The notes beneath the pieces were generated by a model. The model searched no databases. It had not been told where the DNA came from and worked only from the letters and a program-made list of their open reading frames with translations. 64,000 bases of DNA, from positions 24,182,001-24,246,000 of the forward strand of contig NC_087251.1 in assembly GCF_037042905.1 (NCBI RefSeq), in the 5' to 3' direction. The position numbers and the translations under genes are program-made. This DNA comes from Lytechinus pictus. Its lineage: Eukaryota. Positions within the stretch are counted from its first letter, which is position 1. Each line of letters starts with the position of its first letter. Below are positions 1 to 14,657 of this stretch, piece after piece.

Positions 1-1974
1 CATAGCTTTGATTGATTCAGTAGTCAACCACACTATGAACAATTATTTTATCCCCCAACATACACAGATGAGTTGTCATAGCGATTATAGGAAATGTATT
101 ACCTATTCAAATACATTTAATTGGAGTACATGCATGAAAAAGGTTTTCCTTACATTATAATTTATTTCACATTTGATTCAGATAAGTTCATGCTAAAAGT
201 GAGAATATATATTTTCCAATCCTTATTATTTGGAAATAGGTATTATGTAATATACTACATTTACTACTTGTTTACTTATCCTATAACTTGGATATACCGG
301 TATTTTCATTTACCACAAATATAACAAATGAAAGCATCTTTGACACACCTTTGTGATAACAAAACTTAATCAAATCATGATTTTCATCTCAACAGAAAAA
401 TACTGTATATATGTACCAGTATTCAATTCTCGTCATTTGTCATGTTGTCGTGCAATGCCAGCTTCATTTTACAAATGATAGATATCAGAAAAGTAAAAAT
501 AATATAAACAATGAGCAACCACAATTTTTTTTCACTTTGTCCATATGGCAAGATTTTTTCTTGGCACTTATTCAATTCCATCAAACAATATCAATCTCTC
601 TTGATTCTAGACGTGTCATGGTCGTCAATTGGCAATACATAATAGATAAATCCCACTTCTCTAACATTTTAAAAAAGAGATACATATATATTCATTGATG
701 AATGATACCGGTGGTTGTACAATAATGAATTTTGTATACAGAAAGAAAATAGTTCAATGTGATAGAAAATAAGGTTCAAGTTGAAGTTACTATTGTAGCC
801 TGATTATGATCTTAATTTCATTTGATAAATTTTGTAAGACAAGATTTAAATTGAATAATTATAGGTTTTTCAAACTGCCCCACAGTTTTAGCATATTTTG
901 CACAAAATTTTTTTTATATCCCCAAATCATTACATCTCTTTCACCCTCTCTCTCACACATTCTAGAGCTTTGTAAATTCAAAGGTATACCTTGAAGAAAA
1001 ATAGTTAGTCCTTACAAGAACGAATAAAGGTGTAAGTTTTCATGTGAGAGAATGTGAAAACATTTCATGATTTTGGAAAGAAATTTGTAGCTTGGCTGAA
1101 CAAATAATATTCCCAGCATTTTATTTATAAAAAAAAACCCAAAAAACAAATAACTCTCAGAAAAAGTAAAGGGGTATCATTTAAGTTCAAAGCACTATCC
1201 CCCCCAAAAAAAAATATCAAAGTAAAAATACAAGTTCTAACAATATAATCATGAAGACCTGAATTAACGAAATTGGTGTCAAAACCAATGAATTGAGTTT
1301 GAAAAATAGTTTTTAGATATGAAGGGTAGGTTCTGCACTACACTGATAGTGCATGCAAGTGTTTGACAGAGGGAGCCTAATTTGCTCTTGGTATTCAGAC
1401 TACTGAAATAACCCGTGATTATTGATTTAAATAAACTTGTTTAAAACCAGAGCAAAAAAAAGCATATATTTAGCATCCAGGACATGTGTTCACATATAGG
1501 CCTACCAATGCATCCTTTTCTATCTATATGCTAAATCAAGCACAAATTTCAGTGCAAAAAATCTACAAGCATACTGCATATACCGGTACTGCATGGTTTC
1601 AAATGCCTTTTCAAAACCACCTTTGTGAATTCAAGCCCAATCATTGTGAAGAATCACAAAGGATTGTAGGGTTTCATGACCATCACGCAATTAATATGAA
1701 GCACTATATTATTAATGATTACAATTTTGGTTGGTCACAAACCTATGTCAAAGTATACTCCGGTAGTAGCTTAACTTGCTCAATGGCAAAAAGTGTGAAG
1801 AAATGTAATTATGCCAATTTTTTTTTTCTTCAAAGTGAACATTCTGTAGAATAAAAGAATCCCATGGTCGCAGTTTGACTGAACAATGATGAATATTATA
1901 ATCATTAAACAAACAACAGTTCATTAAAATCCTCAACCAAGAAAAGCCATGGTTACAGCTTGCCTGAAACAATA

Positions 1975-2833
1975 GGCGGTGCTGCACCATCCCGAGTTTG
2001 CTCAATCTCGAGATTTTAGCCCGATCAGCCCTCTTCGCGATTAATCTCGAGATTCAAGAAACCCCGTCTGCACCATCCCACGAAGAGCGATTCCTGCTCG
2101 AGCAAGGCAACAAGCCCGATATTACGAGCATGCGCACTTTCGGATCTTGGAGTTTCAACGGCCCGCGCTTTTGAATAACTTCCCGCGATATGCAAGCAAT
2201 GTACTCCTTTCACTAGCACTTTCGCCGAATTCAACCGGTGTTATGCAACAATCCTCTCAGCTCAGCGAGTGAAGAAGTGATGTATTCTTCGTTAAATATG
2301 ATGGCGGAGTAGGAGGCAACGACAGAGAGAGAGAGAGGGAGAGAAGGAGGAAAGAAATGCTATTTGCTCACATTTTGCGAAGGTAACAACACTGCTGAAT
2401 ATGACCATCGTCGATGAGCGCCCCCCCCCCCTTCGGTCTGGTCTCTCCCAAAATCCATTCACTGGTGGGACACCATCGTTGCTTATGAACGCTATTCGCA
2501 TGTATAAAGTTGACTTTCGCACGTGTTTATGTTTTGACCAAGGCGGAAGTGGAACGCGAATTGCATTATGGACTGACGTCATGAATAAATTACCCCGAGT
2601 CCAATCTCGAGTGCGTCTGCACCGACGAATTAGCGGGATAATTCGTAAAATAGCGCGCTATTTTGCAAATAAACCCGAGTTGACTTGGGATTGCAATCTC
2701 GAGATTAATCCTACGAACTAGCGCGATAATTGCGTCTGCACCGCCAACTATCTCGAGATTTTTCAGATCGGGATAATTTGCCGGATCAGAAATAGCGCGC
2801 TAATTTGAAAACTCGGGATGGTGCAGACGGCCC
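1975..2833. mobile_element. Non-autonomous TIR DNA transposon (PIF/Harbinger-like MITE)
   Basis: Terminal inverted repeats (ctgcaccatcccgagttt / aaactcgggatggtgcag), subterminal gtctgcacc and atctcgagat repeats, GC-rich relative to flanks. Superfamily is tentative. Confidence 0.75.
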
Positions 2834-5800
2834 TTGAGTAGATTGGTGGCCACAGTACTCTGACCTGACACCCCAGGGGCTCATTAGTACACCCACAACA
2901 GGAACAAGAATGGTTTAATTATCACCTTAAAGTTTAATTACTACAAGGCTAACTTGGGAATACAACACTCTTTAGAAATTTGATGCTCTTTTCCAGAGCA
3001 TGCAGGATACTAGTAGTATTTGTTGATTAGCCTCCAAGGTAACCATTGGTGCTCATTCACTAATGAAGATTCTACCTGGAAATGGGATGTCCACTTATTG
3101 TTGCATAACAAACAAGCTTCTTAAGTTACACATAATTCCTTGGAGGGACCTGGATGAGAAGAAATAAGATAAAAAATGATTTATTGGAAATCAAATGTTG
3201 GGTTTTTCCCCAATGGCTACACACAATATTTCTTCCTGATTTATTTATTTATTGAAGGGGGGGGGGGGGTAAGTAATAGATGAGAAATTGGATAGAGAAG
3301 GAGACAGATGGGGAGAGACAAGAAGAGGAGGGAATGAATAGGAGGAAAGGAGAACATTGCAGAGAGATGGGAGGGAAGGGTGGATGAGCAACAATGCCAA
3401 TATCTTGTATGGTAAAACAGAAGATTCAGAAGAATATCCATCATATTGAAGTCATTGAACTCTTTGTTATTACAAAGTAGTAAGAGGTTCACCTCTATTA
3501 ATCACTTTTTAAGAAGCTTAGAGAGATGCAAATAATGTCTATTATTAGTCACACATTGCTATTCAATCCTGTTATGCAATAAAAAAAATGTCACATGGCA
3601 CAAAGTTTTCTGAATCAGATTATGATAGCTTATGTGAATTTCAGAAGTTCAATAATCAATATGTAATATATCACAGATCAGGGAATGAAGAAGGCTTAAA
3701 ATTTTACTTCACAAAGGCGAGAAGCCGTCTATTTCATTACAGATCTTGTGATATACGTCAGATTAGCCAGTGGGCTGCATGCCTTTCCCTTCATAAGTAT
3801 CCTTGACAGGAACAGTTAAAATTCTCTATTCATTTTCTGTTTATGTATCTTATAATTTCTTTGGCTTATATATACATACATAAAACAACATGTAGAACAA
3901 TAATAACATTACTGTCTGATGCTAAAGAACTGAAAAATAATGCTCCAATGTTGATTTGGCTCAAAAGGTCCTGTGTGAGACTGTACTGAATGTCCATTAA
4001 CTGTTTAAGATTCAATTTCTGAGTTGACTTGTAATAACCCCACCAAACGACACAACCGAGTATTGAATCAAAACCGAGACATTGATAAAGGGATTTTAAT
4101 TTTATCAGAGTCCAACATCTCCCCATAGAATAACCTTTGACACCCATTAGTAGGGGCTATTAAGATTAAACATGGACATAATCAAGAGAAATATGTCAGC
4201 ATCAGCTGCTGAGCTTCTCATGAAGATTAGAATGCAGTCCCGGAAAATAAATAAAATCCAAATGTGAAACAGAGACTCAATGCAATTGATAAACAAGGAA
4301 CACGTTAATCTTCAGTTTCAAGTCACCAGTGTTACAAATTAATAACAGGCGGGAATGCTTATCAACTTGATTCACTGATCTTGGCTTCATGATTATTCTT
4401 TAATTTGACTTTCAGATTCAGTTATTAATTTTGTTATTTCTGTTTAAATGTGAATTGTCAATTAGCTACTTGGACATAATTATCATGACATTAATCTAAG
4501 AATGCTCTCAATCCATAATGATAATATTAATGGCTCTAACATTATGATCTATGAAAGAGCCCCATCTACTGGTGAAAAACAGACAACAGCACATGTTGAT
4601 TGTACAACCAAAAAATCCCAACTTGTATAAAACTATATTTACTCTATTTGTAAAACATGCTTGAAGCTTGTGGGGATCCAATGGTAGGCCATATTTACTT
4701 ATTTTGCATAATTATCAGTTATTGGCTCAGCCACATTCGTGTAAGAATGAAAAACTGTCCCGCGTTCCTGTCAAGTGTAAACAGACCAGACAAAGCTGTT
4801 TTAATTGAAATATAAACCCAGACGAATGTCCACATTAGTCTGTGTCCAAACCAGTGTAGATGTATACCATTTATGCACACTGCATTTCCACATTCTCAGT
4901 CTCAGCAGTCACTACCCCCCCCCCCTTTAACACTATTTGATAATTTGGCCATAGAGGAAATTTTGGAGAAGTTTGACTTGGCTTATCTGCAGAAGTCTGC
5001 CCATATTCAGAAATCAGATATACAAATCAACAAATACTTGCACAAAAGGAAGCCATCTGTATGATAATATAAAAGTATTGCATAATATTTCATAATATGA
5101 GTTCATCATACTCTACTGAAATCAAGAATTAATTGGAAATATACTAACGACTCTGGCATCTTAATTGGACAAGGACTGGGTCAAGGAAACATAATCGAAT
5201 CTGTATCTATTCATATCATATTTAGGCCTATAGTCATATTCATAATCTGAAAAATCTCCCCCCCCCCCCACTTACTTCATTTCATTCAGAATGAAGGAGT
5301 GGAATTACCTCTGGAGAATATAGCTTAGAGATACTAATTACATGTTATTTGGAGTGAATGTATGAACATAATCATTATAATTAGTTCATAGTCCTTAATG
5401 TAACAAGACCTGCAGGTGCAACGTAATTGGGCCCTGGAGAGCAACGTATGATGATTATCATTGGCACATGCTCTGTAATGGCTTTGAATGAAGCAGGACA
5501 AGGGAGAAATAATCTGAGATAAATGACCCTAGCCAAGAATAGTTCTACAAAGAAATGTTGTGCCAATGAGTTCATTATAGGGCAATGGGTATACACAAAG
5601 GTTTACATGTCATTAAATCTTGGAAGAATGTTATAGGTGTAATGCAGCAGAAAAACTGTTTCCTTTTAAGTTTTATAATGAAATATACAATCTGTATAGT
5701 AAGGATTACAATAATGTGCAATTTGACGAGTATATAGCATGCTAACTTTTCATTCAAGAGATTGTAGGATAATATTGTGAGCATATACACATGCTTTTTA

Positions 5801-6037
5801 AAAACCCACATTGGGATAAAATAGGCATATTGATTGAATTTATAGTTTCATTGTTCAAAAAATAATTTATTTTGATATTACAACAGAGTCCCTACTTCTC
5901 TGCAATATGGAAAACAGAAAAAATCACAGAATTCATAGAATATCATGAAAAACAGTCTTTCAGGCCAAACAATTTGAATTGTGGATATACAAAGTAAAAA
6001 TCATGAAAATCAAAGAAAAAGTTGTACTGAAGTGAAA

Positions 6038-6113
6038 AGTAGTAGTAGTAGCAGCAGCAGCAGTAGTAGTAGTGGTAGTAGTAGTAGCAGCAGCAGTAGT
6101 GGTGGTAGTAGTG

Positions 6114-6159
<46 letters not shown>

Positions 6160-6354
6160 CAGCAGCAGCAGCAGTGGTGGTAGTGGTAGTAGTGGTGGTA
6201 GTGGTAGAAGTAGTAGTGGTAGAAGTAGTGGTAGAAGTAGAAGTAGAAGTAGAAGTAGAAAGTAGAAGAAGTAGTAGTAGTAGTAGTAGTAGTAGCAGCA
6301 GTAGTGGCAGTGGTGGTGGTGGTGGTGGTGGTGGTGGTGGTGGTGGTGGTGGTC

Positions 6355-6424
<70 letters not shown>

Positions 6425-6480
6425 TAGTAGTGGTGGTGGTGGTGGTGGTGGTGGTGGTGGTGGTGGTGGTGGTGGTGGTG

Positions 6481-6535
<55 letters not shown>

Positions 6536-6632
6536 TAGTGGTAGTAGTGGTAGTAGTGGTAGTAGTGGTAGTAGCAGCAGCAGCAGCAGCAGTAGTACTA
6601 GTAAAAGAAGTACATGTAGAAGTAGTAGTAGT
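6038..6632 (+). repeat. Compound trinucleotide microsatellite (AGT)n/(GGT)n/(GCA)n
   Basis: Directly visible; produces spurious poly-S/V/G ORFs. Confidence 0.98.
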
Positions 6633-9600
6633 TGAATAATAGTTAATATTAGCAGATTGAAGCCATATTAGTGGGTCTATTCCCAGGGATACTGAGCAGT
6701 TCTGGTTTATGTAACAAACAAAATATATTGAAGTAGGTGATAAGCCTATTGATTTATCCCACTGTTTTCAATGCCACATCAATAGCACTTTATGAGTACT
6801 AACTAGTACACATGGTACATGGACCATATTGTCAACAATAATTCACTAGTAGTTTAAAAATATTGTATTTACTTTGTATCTTGTTTTTAATACAGTAGCT
6901 AAGTAAATGCTGCAATGCTGTTCTTTATGGAAAATATAGAAAAAAGAGAATAATATTTCAAATATTCACAACTATTGAAGAATATTAGGATAGGATTTTG
7001 AATCGTTGATATAAAAGCAACAAATTTATATTTTGATTCATTGATATTTTTTAAAGAGTGGAAAGGGTGTACTTTCACTCATTTTGGATTAATCTTTGAG
7101 TAATCCCTGAGGTAGTTTTAGAATGAGTGAAAATATTCACTCTAAATTCACTTTTCTTCAAATTCGCTTGTTTTAGGGTAAACGTTTTCACTAAATTTTA
7201 GGAGATATCGATCTTCAAAAGTAGTTTAATATCCAAAGCCCCAACTCTCCCACAGGCTCTCTAACTACTGATAATGCAATCAAACAGGACTCTGTATTTT
7301 ATAACCAAAAGATGAATGCTTAGTTTGAGTTCTAGTATAAAAATCTAATTTCAATTAGACGTATGTCATATTTTTTTTAATCATATGGTTGGAAGCAATC
7401 CTAAAGTGTTTATCATCTGCCAGAATGCTTATTTAGAACAACAAAATTTAATAAAAAACAATTCAGGCTTGATTGAAATTATATTCATTTCATCGCCACA
7501 TGCTTTTCCTGACGTAGCTAACAGAGGAAACAACATGTAGAGCCACACTATCAACAGGCAGGCATTTTTTCAGTAATTTATCTGATCTTCATTTGCTCAA
7601 TACTCTGCAATAATACATTTTCTTGAAAAATCATTTGGCAGATATCATTGATTTATAGTTGTTTTTTTTACAATGCTGTGTAAGTTTTGTTAAATACTGT
7701 GAACATTTCATTTTCTATTGTTTCCAGTACCAGATTTTATCTTTAATGTCACATCTTACTGTTCTTTTAGAAATGAAAGATAAATCTTGCCTATATCCTG
7801 ACAAACAAAGATAACTAATGATATTTCCATCCTCCAACTAACATTTTGAGGCTAATAAATTCAGGGAAAAGAAACAAAAGAATTACAAATGGGATAAACA
7901 TTGACATTCTAAAAATGTGGTTTCATGCACCACAAATTGAATATAAAAATGACACCTAGATTAACCATTTCCCACTCAAAACTGCTCGTACTTGACTCAA
8001 CGCAATCATCCCACGAGATAGCCTACGTCATAGTTGATGAACATAACACAAAGCTTCCTATATACTCCTTGATCAAAATAGGTCAATACAAACGACTATG
8101 AATGAACCAGAGGAAACTTCTGTCATGACTTTGGTCCTTGCCATAGCCTAGGTTTTAACCAAGTCATTAAAGTATGGAGAACACTCGCTCATAATCATCA
8201 ATTAAGATGGAACCATTTTGTTTCTAAAGAGTCTTGGAAGATCATGGGAGACTTCTATGGATCCTCCTAATATCTAAAGGAAATCTTTGCCTTGTTGCAC
8301 CATAACGATGGGCAAACATCATTATCACTCGGCAGCAGAAGAAATGCCTGGTACTGCATGCACTTAAAGGCATGGTTAAACATCTAATCTTGGAGAGTCA
8401 TCAATTAGCTACTATAATCAGTGTTGCTTAATTACATTAGCTGCACAGACAAGCGTTCAATTGGATGGTACTTGACTGTCAAAAATGAAGAGAGCCTTCT
8501 TCATTTTGTTTTGCTAATGGGTTTATAAACAATGGCATGCTATAAAGAAGGTTTTGAACCCCTACAACACACTTGCTTTAATTTTGAGGAAATGAGGCAA
8601 TTTGAATGATGGCTGAAAGATTCGCAATTATTTTTTTTTCTGATGTTAATGAATTAGTCAACTAATGCAAACACTTTAATATATTACCTCAATCACTTGG
8701 CATTCACTACCTTTCATTGGCATGCATAGCAAATTACCAAACCAAAATTGGTACTTGAGGGTTAATACAAAAATTGGTGAAGTTCCACATGAGCACCAAT
8801 CTAAGTATCTTGAATGTCCAATCTGCATGCAAGAAATTCATAATAAAAGTGGAATACCCCTGACAGTCTTGCGTACATTGTGCAATTTAAGTAAAGCAGT
8901 AGTGATGACTTTGTGAAAATGAAATATCAACCATTCTTCCTCTTTAATTCATCCTTTATACTTGTCACATTTCCCCACAAACTAAAAGGAATCAATGTAT
9001 TAATTGTGAAATTGGGGGAAAATATCAATTCTTATCAAACAGAATTTACAAATGACCTTGATCAAGTCACTTGTGATTTTACTCACATCAAATTGCTGAT
9101 ATATGATACAGGCCTGAACGTTAGACATGCTTGAAACACATTAAAACAAAGAGGATAAATACATTTCAAAATCTGAGAAAACTGTTTATTCTTTTAATAC
9201 AATCTAAATTCGTTGACCTCAAATGACCTTGACTTATCTTATTACATGTGATTTGCTATATTTTATGAAATAGCCATCTAATACAAGTTAGTATAAATTG
9301 TGAAAGTATAATTTTGAAAGTATACTTTTTTAATATTATATAAAGTAACCATACATATGGACATATCATTATTATTATTCCCTCATTCTAAACATTAATG
9401 AATAGGTTACCACAAACTTTTCCTGAAACTACTATTCTGAGCAATGCATAAAAAATCTAAAATATAAAATCCTCTTCACCTTCAACTAGGAAAAGATCTC
9501 TCTTTGTTACTATTTTAACCATCCCTACTTGTAACTTTTATATCTTCTTCATAGTGATGTCAAACAATCTGTTTCTGGGAAATACATGTGTAGTACTGTA

Positions 9601-9742
9601 TATGGGAATTCAGCTTTTATGTCAAAGACTTGTTACAGAAAAAGGGGAATTATTCTACAAAAAAGGGGCAATTAAAAATCTATGGGGAAACATAATACCT
9701 GCAAATTTTGACACTATGCCAAATATTATGAAGCTTTACTTT

Positions 9743-10245
9743 TATGCTTTTCACACTGTACTTTTTTTCCTTAACCCCGGGAAATTGGTGGGGCTAAGGG
9801 GGGCCTTAGCCCCACCAATTTCCCGGGGTTAAGCTTAGCCCACTTCGTTTTCACACTATGTTTTAGCAAAGTGGGCTAGCACGGTAAATAGTACGGTACT
9901 ATCTGGCCCTGCAAAAAAGCAGGGTTAGCCGCCTTACTGCGGTGCTAGCACCACAATTACGGTGCTGAGAGATGCAGTGTGAAACGAAACTGGGCTAAGG
10001 AAAAGTGGGGCTAAGCAATAGCCAATCACAGAAGTCGAAATTGCACTTTAATCACGCTCTGTATGGTAAAATCATCAATATTAATGAGCTGTGGGATAGT
10101 CCGGGGTTAAGGCGTTAACCCCGGCTAAGCAGATAGTATGGGGTTAAGAAAGACAGTGTGAATCCAAAAAAAGATAGTATGGGGTTAAGGATAGTCTGGG
10201 GTTAAGGATAGTATGGGGTTAAGGAAATGCAATGTGAAAAGCATA
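9743..10245. mobile_element. MITE (Harbinger-like) with internal ggggttaag repeats
   Basis: Termini tatgcttttcaca / tgtgaaaagcata; internal ttaacccc/ggggttaa motifs in mirrored arrangement. Confidence 0.7.
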
Positions 10246-10621
10246 TTTGATTATTATAGCCTGGATAATGAACAGAGTATATACCTGTAGGCAAATTGGC
10301 ATCATCATTTCTTCTTATATAGGCCTACAGCAAATAATACAATAAGTCACACACACATACATTGTAAGCAATCAGATCATAATATGAGAGACCTGCAACT
10401 GTATGGATTGCTTTATATATATATTCACACACAAACAAATTAAACCAACAAAAAATGTTAAATCATATGGGTTAGATATGTTTGAAAAATAAATTTGGAG
10501 AATATATTCTCCCCACAAGAGAAATTTAAAGCAGCCATTAGCAAAACTGGTTAATGATATCACTCATCATTGTTCTCAAACAATGGCTAAATACTTCCAG
10601 CGAATATAACATACAATTTAA

Positions 10622-11234
10622 AGGACAAGTCCACCCCAACAAAAAGTTTGTTTGAATAAAAAAAGAAAAATCCAACAAGCATAACACTGAAAATTTCATC
10701 AAAATCAGATGTAAAATAAGAAAGTTATGAATTTTTAAAGTTTCGCTTAATTTCACAAAACAGTTATATGCACATCCTGGTCGGTATGCAAATGAGGAGA
10801 CCGATGACGTCATCCACTCACTATATCTTTTGTATTTTATTATATGAAATAAGAAATATTCTAATTTTCTCCCCATTGTCAATTGAAACAAGGATTGATT
10901 CCTCCCGGAAGGCCGGAACATGTGGAATTAGCATTGTTCAGTACTATATGGTTCAGTCAAGTTGGTCCTCATTAATGTCAAATCTGTAAAAAATGAAATA
11001 TTGTATAATTCAAACAATAAAAAAAAAAGAAATGGTGAGTGATGGAGAACATAGCCTGACTCATTTGCATGTCACTGAGTTGTGCATATCACTGTTTTGT
11101 GAAAAATAAGAAAAATTTTAAAATGCCATAACTTTCTTATTTTACATCCGATTTTGATGAAATTTTCAGCGTTACGCTAGTTTGATTTTTCTCTATTTAT
11201 TCAAGTCAACATTTTTCTGGGGTGGACTTGACCA
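10622..11234. mobile_element. Kolobok-like non-autonomous DNA transposon, family A copy 1
   Basis: TTAA on both sides, AGG terminus, long imperfect TIRs (aggacaagtccacccc / ggggtggacttgacc). Highly similar to 57017-57619. Confidence 0.85.
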
Positions 11235-14104
11235 TTAAGACAATTGGACTGGGCTTTTAAACTCAGATGTTTATGTTATTTCAAAGAAACAAAACCAATT
11301 TTCTGAATATCTTAAAAGGAAATTGAAACAACCACTACAAGGGCCAATACAATATCATTTTGAAAAATCTGTTCAGGTTCTCACTCTCTAAAAATCATAG
11401 ATGAGACATATAGATCAGTATTTCTGAAATAATTTATATTTCTAAAACCATTTCAAACAATAAATTGTAGCCTTTGCGGTCTAAAATGTTAGCAAAAAGT
11501 ATTTCTGTTTCACAGTTGTTCAAACCAATATAAAGATCTTTATGAATGTCAGTGTTCACCTAGAGGGCTTTAACATATGCTTCACTGTCCAATTCTCCAA
11601 TTACAAGATACAATTGACACTGGTTTATTTCTCTTTGTTTTATTGTCAGATCCTATTAAGTCGTCTATACCTGATGTAATTCCTACCAGTAAAATCAAAG
11701 GTCAATGTAACCTTTGCAGAAGAGGTCAATTAAGGCACAATCCAGAATGCAAATAGATAACATTTGAAACGATTAGGTCATCTTAATAAACTGGAATTCA
11801 CAGGCCATTTATATCTGGAAGTTTAGTTTTACCAGGGGATATGGAAGAAACCTTGGTTTCACTTTTAATCAGAAATTGATGTTAATTAAAGGTGATGTCT
11901 ACCCTAATAACAAAATGATATGAATAAATAGAGTACAGTCATTGAACACAAGACTGAAAGTTTCATCAAGAATGAAAAAAGCTATGACATTCTAAATGTA
12001 AATGGATAACCTCACAACTCATTATTTCGTTTGTGTTTAATCATAAGAAATATCACTTCAATAATAAATAAATCCTTGAATGAGTCTTCAAAAGTAGGAA
12101 TAATAAAGGTTTATACGTTCAGAAGTCTGACATTGGTGGGAAAAATACTTCATTTTATATTGTGAACCTAAAAAATCAACAGCATATATTAAATGTGTGA
12201 CATCATTGGCTCTCTCATTTTCAAACCATGTTGTGAGGTAGAAAATTCCTTACTTTAAATTTTGATACTTTCTTATTCAACCTCCAATTTTGATTATATT
12301 GTCAGTGTTATTATTTTTTTAATTATTTTTTAAAATCAAATAATTGGTTTGCTGCTTATGCAGACCATTCATCCGTTCTTATTGAAAATTAGGAATGATT
12401 TTGCCTCATGAATAGGAGAGAAACAGTATTTCCTCCAAGATGCTAGAGTAAAGGAAGAGCTTGGAATAGTCAAAATTCAGATCCTTACACTGCAAAAACA
12501 GTGGTGTTAACACTACATTAACAGTGTTCACAGAGGATCACACCAAACAATCTACACCAGTCTTATGTTCATAGTGTTAATTCAACACTCATTGGTGATA
12601 TCATAGCACAATGTGTTTGTTATTACTTATTAATAACACCAAGCAATGTTTGGTGTTATTTTCAAACTCCATGGTGTATTTTTAACACCTGAGAGTGCAG
12701 TTCTCTCAGAACTCTGGATGGAATGAATGCACCTAAGTTTTTAAAGTGTATCTCTAAATTCAGCATAATTGGAGGATCTATAATTTCCTTATCCTTGATA
12801 CAAACTAGTCAGGCTTGAAAGATAATTAAACTTTTAACAACTTAATTAAAATCAGTAAATGGAATTGAGGTCTGGTCCACTTGCCCCATGGATAAAATGC
12901 CCTCAATCCTATAATTTCAAACATTATAATTCAAACAAATAAAAAACAGTAATCTTCATCCAAGCGACTCGCTGCATATGAGTGAAAAGGCATTGTGTAT
13001 TAGTGATTTGATGAACCTGTTGATCGAATTGATGGTGTATATATAACAACCTTTTAGAGCTTTTGTGTCCAGCTATAAAAGGGTTTATACTGCACGGGGA
13101 GGTGACCACGCCTCAAGCCGTGGCCCGTGGCTCCACGTGCCAACCAGAAAGAATAGGATGATTACGTTAAGAGATGTAGGCTTTCAAGCGACTAACGATG
13201 GCATCCTTCCGCCATTAGAGAGAGTACCATGCTGACGATTAACAACAGGTTCCTAATTTAAAAATGTGCATTTCTAAATGATGCTGAAAAAAGTTATAAA
13301 GATGTTTTGAAAATGAAGGATTTTCTAGGAATTCATATGGATGATAAATGAAGATGTGTGCGCTCGTGCATACTGGTGATGGGGAACAACAGGTTTTTGT
13401 AGTTTAATGGAAAATTAATTTTATTTGTGATATTGAAAAGGAGTAATAAAGGATGCATTGGATAGGACTGATTTTCCAGGGTTATCCATTTTCTGCATCG
13501 ATGCAAGTTTATGATTGGTAAGAGCTGAGTTATAGATCTTATCAGGAGCACTGGATGGAGTGAACCTTAATTAAAATCATAAAATTAATCTGAACATATT
13601 GTATCAAACTATTGTCAATTTTTATATGATTTTCATTCACTCGTATCACTATGATGAAGATCATTATTGCCATAAGCATCACCAACAGCAGCAGCAATTA
13701 TTTATTTATGAAATGAAGTATCACAATACTTTACTTCTTTATTATTCTTTTCTATGACACAACCATTCTCTAGAAGTAGGCTGTACAAGGACAGTTAAAG
13801 TATCCAGGACAATGGATCACAACCTTCAAACTTCTAAATTCAGGAGAACACCATATTCTTTCAAAAAAATCTAAAAGGATCCTAATAATTAAAATCAACA
13901 GCATATTCAACCTTGATTTCATCTTCTCCTCCCTCGTTCCTTCTGTCATATTATCCTTCCTTTATCCCTTCTCTTCCTCTTCCTCCTCTTCATCTTCTTC
14001 TTCTTCATCATCTTTTTATTTTGTATTTTAGTAACTATTATATGTAGATCGGGAAAAATATACAATCTATCTCTCTTTATTTACCACATTTTAACCAACT
14101 AAAC

Positions 14105-14657
14105 TGGGTTCCAAAAGAAACTTATCAAATTCACAAGCACACTACACAAATTCCACTCAGTCAAAATGAACAAAATTTTGACACAGGCTAGCTTTAATAA
14201 TCTTCTCTAAGCACATGTCAACCAATGAAAATGAGATGGGATTAAACAAACTTACCAGTTTATTAAAGTTCACAGTATGACCATTGGCATGTTAAATTGA
14301 TTGCCTCAATAACTAAGAAGTTAAAGAAGTTAAAATTAACATTTATAAACACACCTATTGAGGTCAAAGAAGCATAATGCATGAATGGACTCAATAGCAG
14401 TCAAGCAAAGAATGACCATTTGGTTTAATCGCATCTCATTTTCATTGGTCTTTCTTTTGCCATTTTGTGACTTTGGATTCCGGAACCAATTGATTTGAGG
14501 GGCTACAGCATCTTTGTTACTTAACCAATCTCTTAATTATTGACATGTGCTTAGTAAATATCATTGAAGCTATCCCGTGTCAAAATTTTGTTCATTTTGA
14601 CTGTGTGGAATTTGTGTAGTGCGCTTGCGAAGCTTGATAAGTTTCTTTTGGAACCCA
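14105..14657. mobile_element. Palindromic MITE
   Basis: TIRs of over 100 bp (tgggttccaaaagaaacttatcaa / ttgataagtttcttttggaaccca); TSD not clear. Confidence 0.8.

Noticed and set aside
5981..6639. Poly-Ser/Val/Gly ORFs (also 56301-56495 and 57864-58168)
   Set aside because: They are translations of trinucleotide microsatellites.
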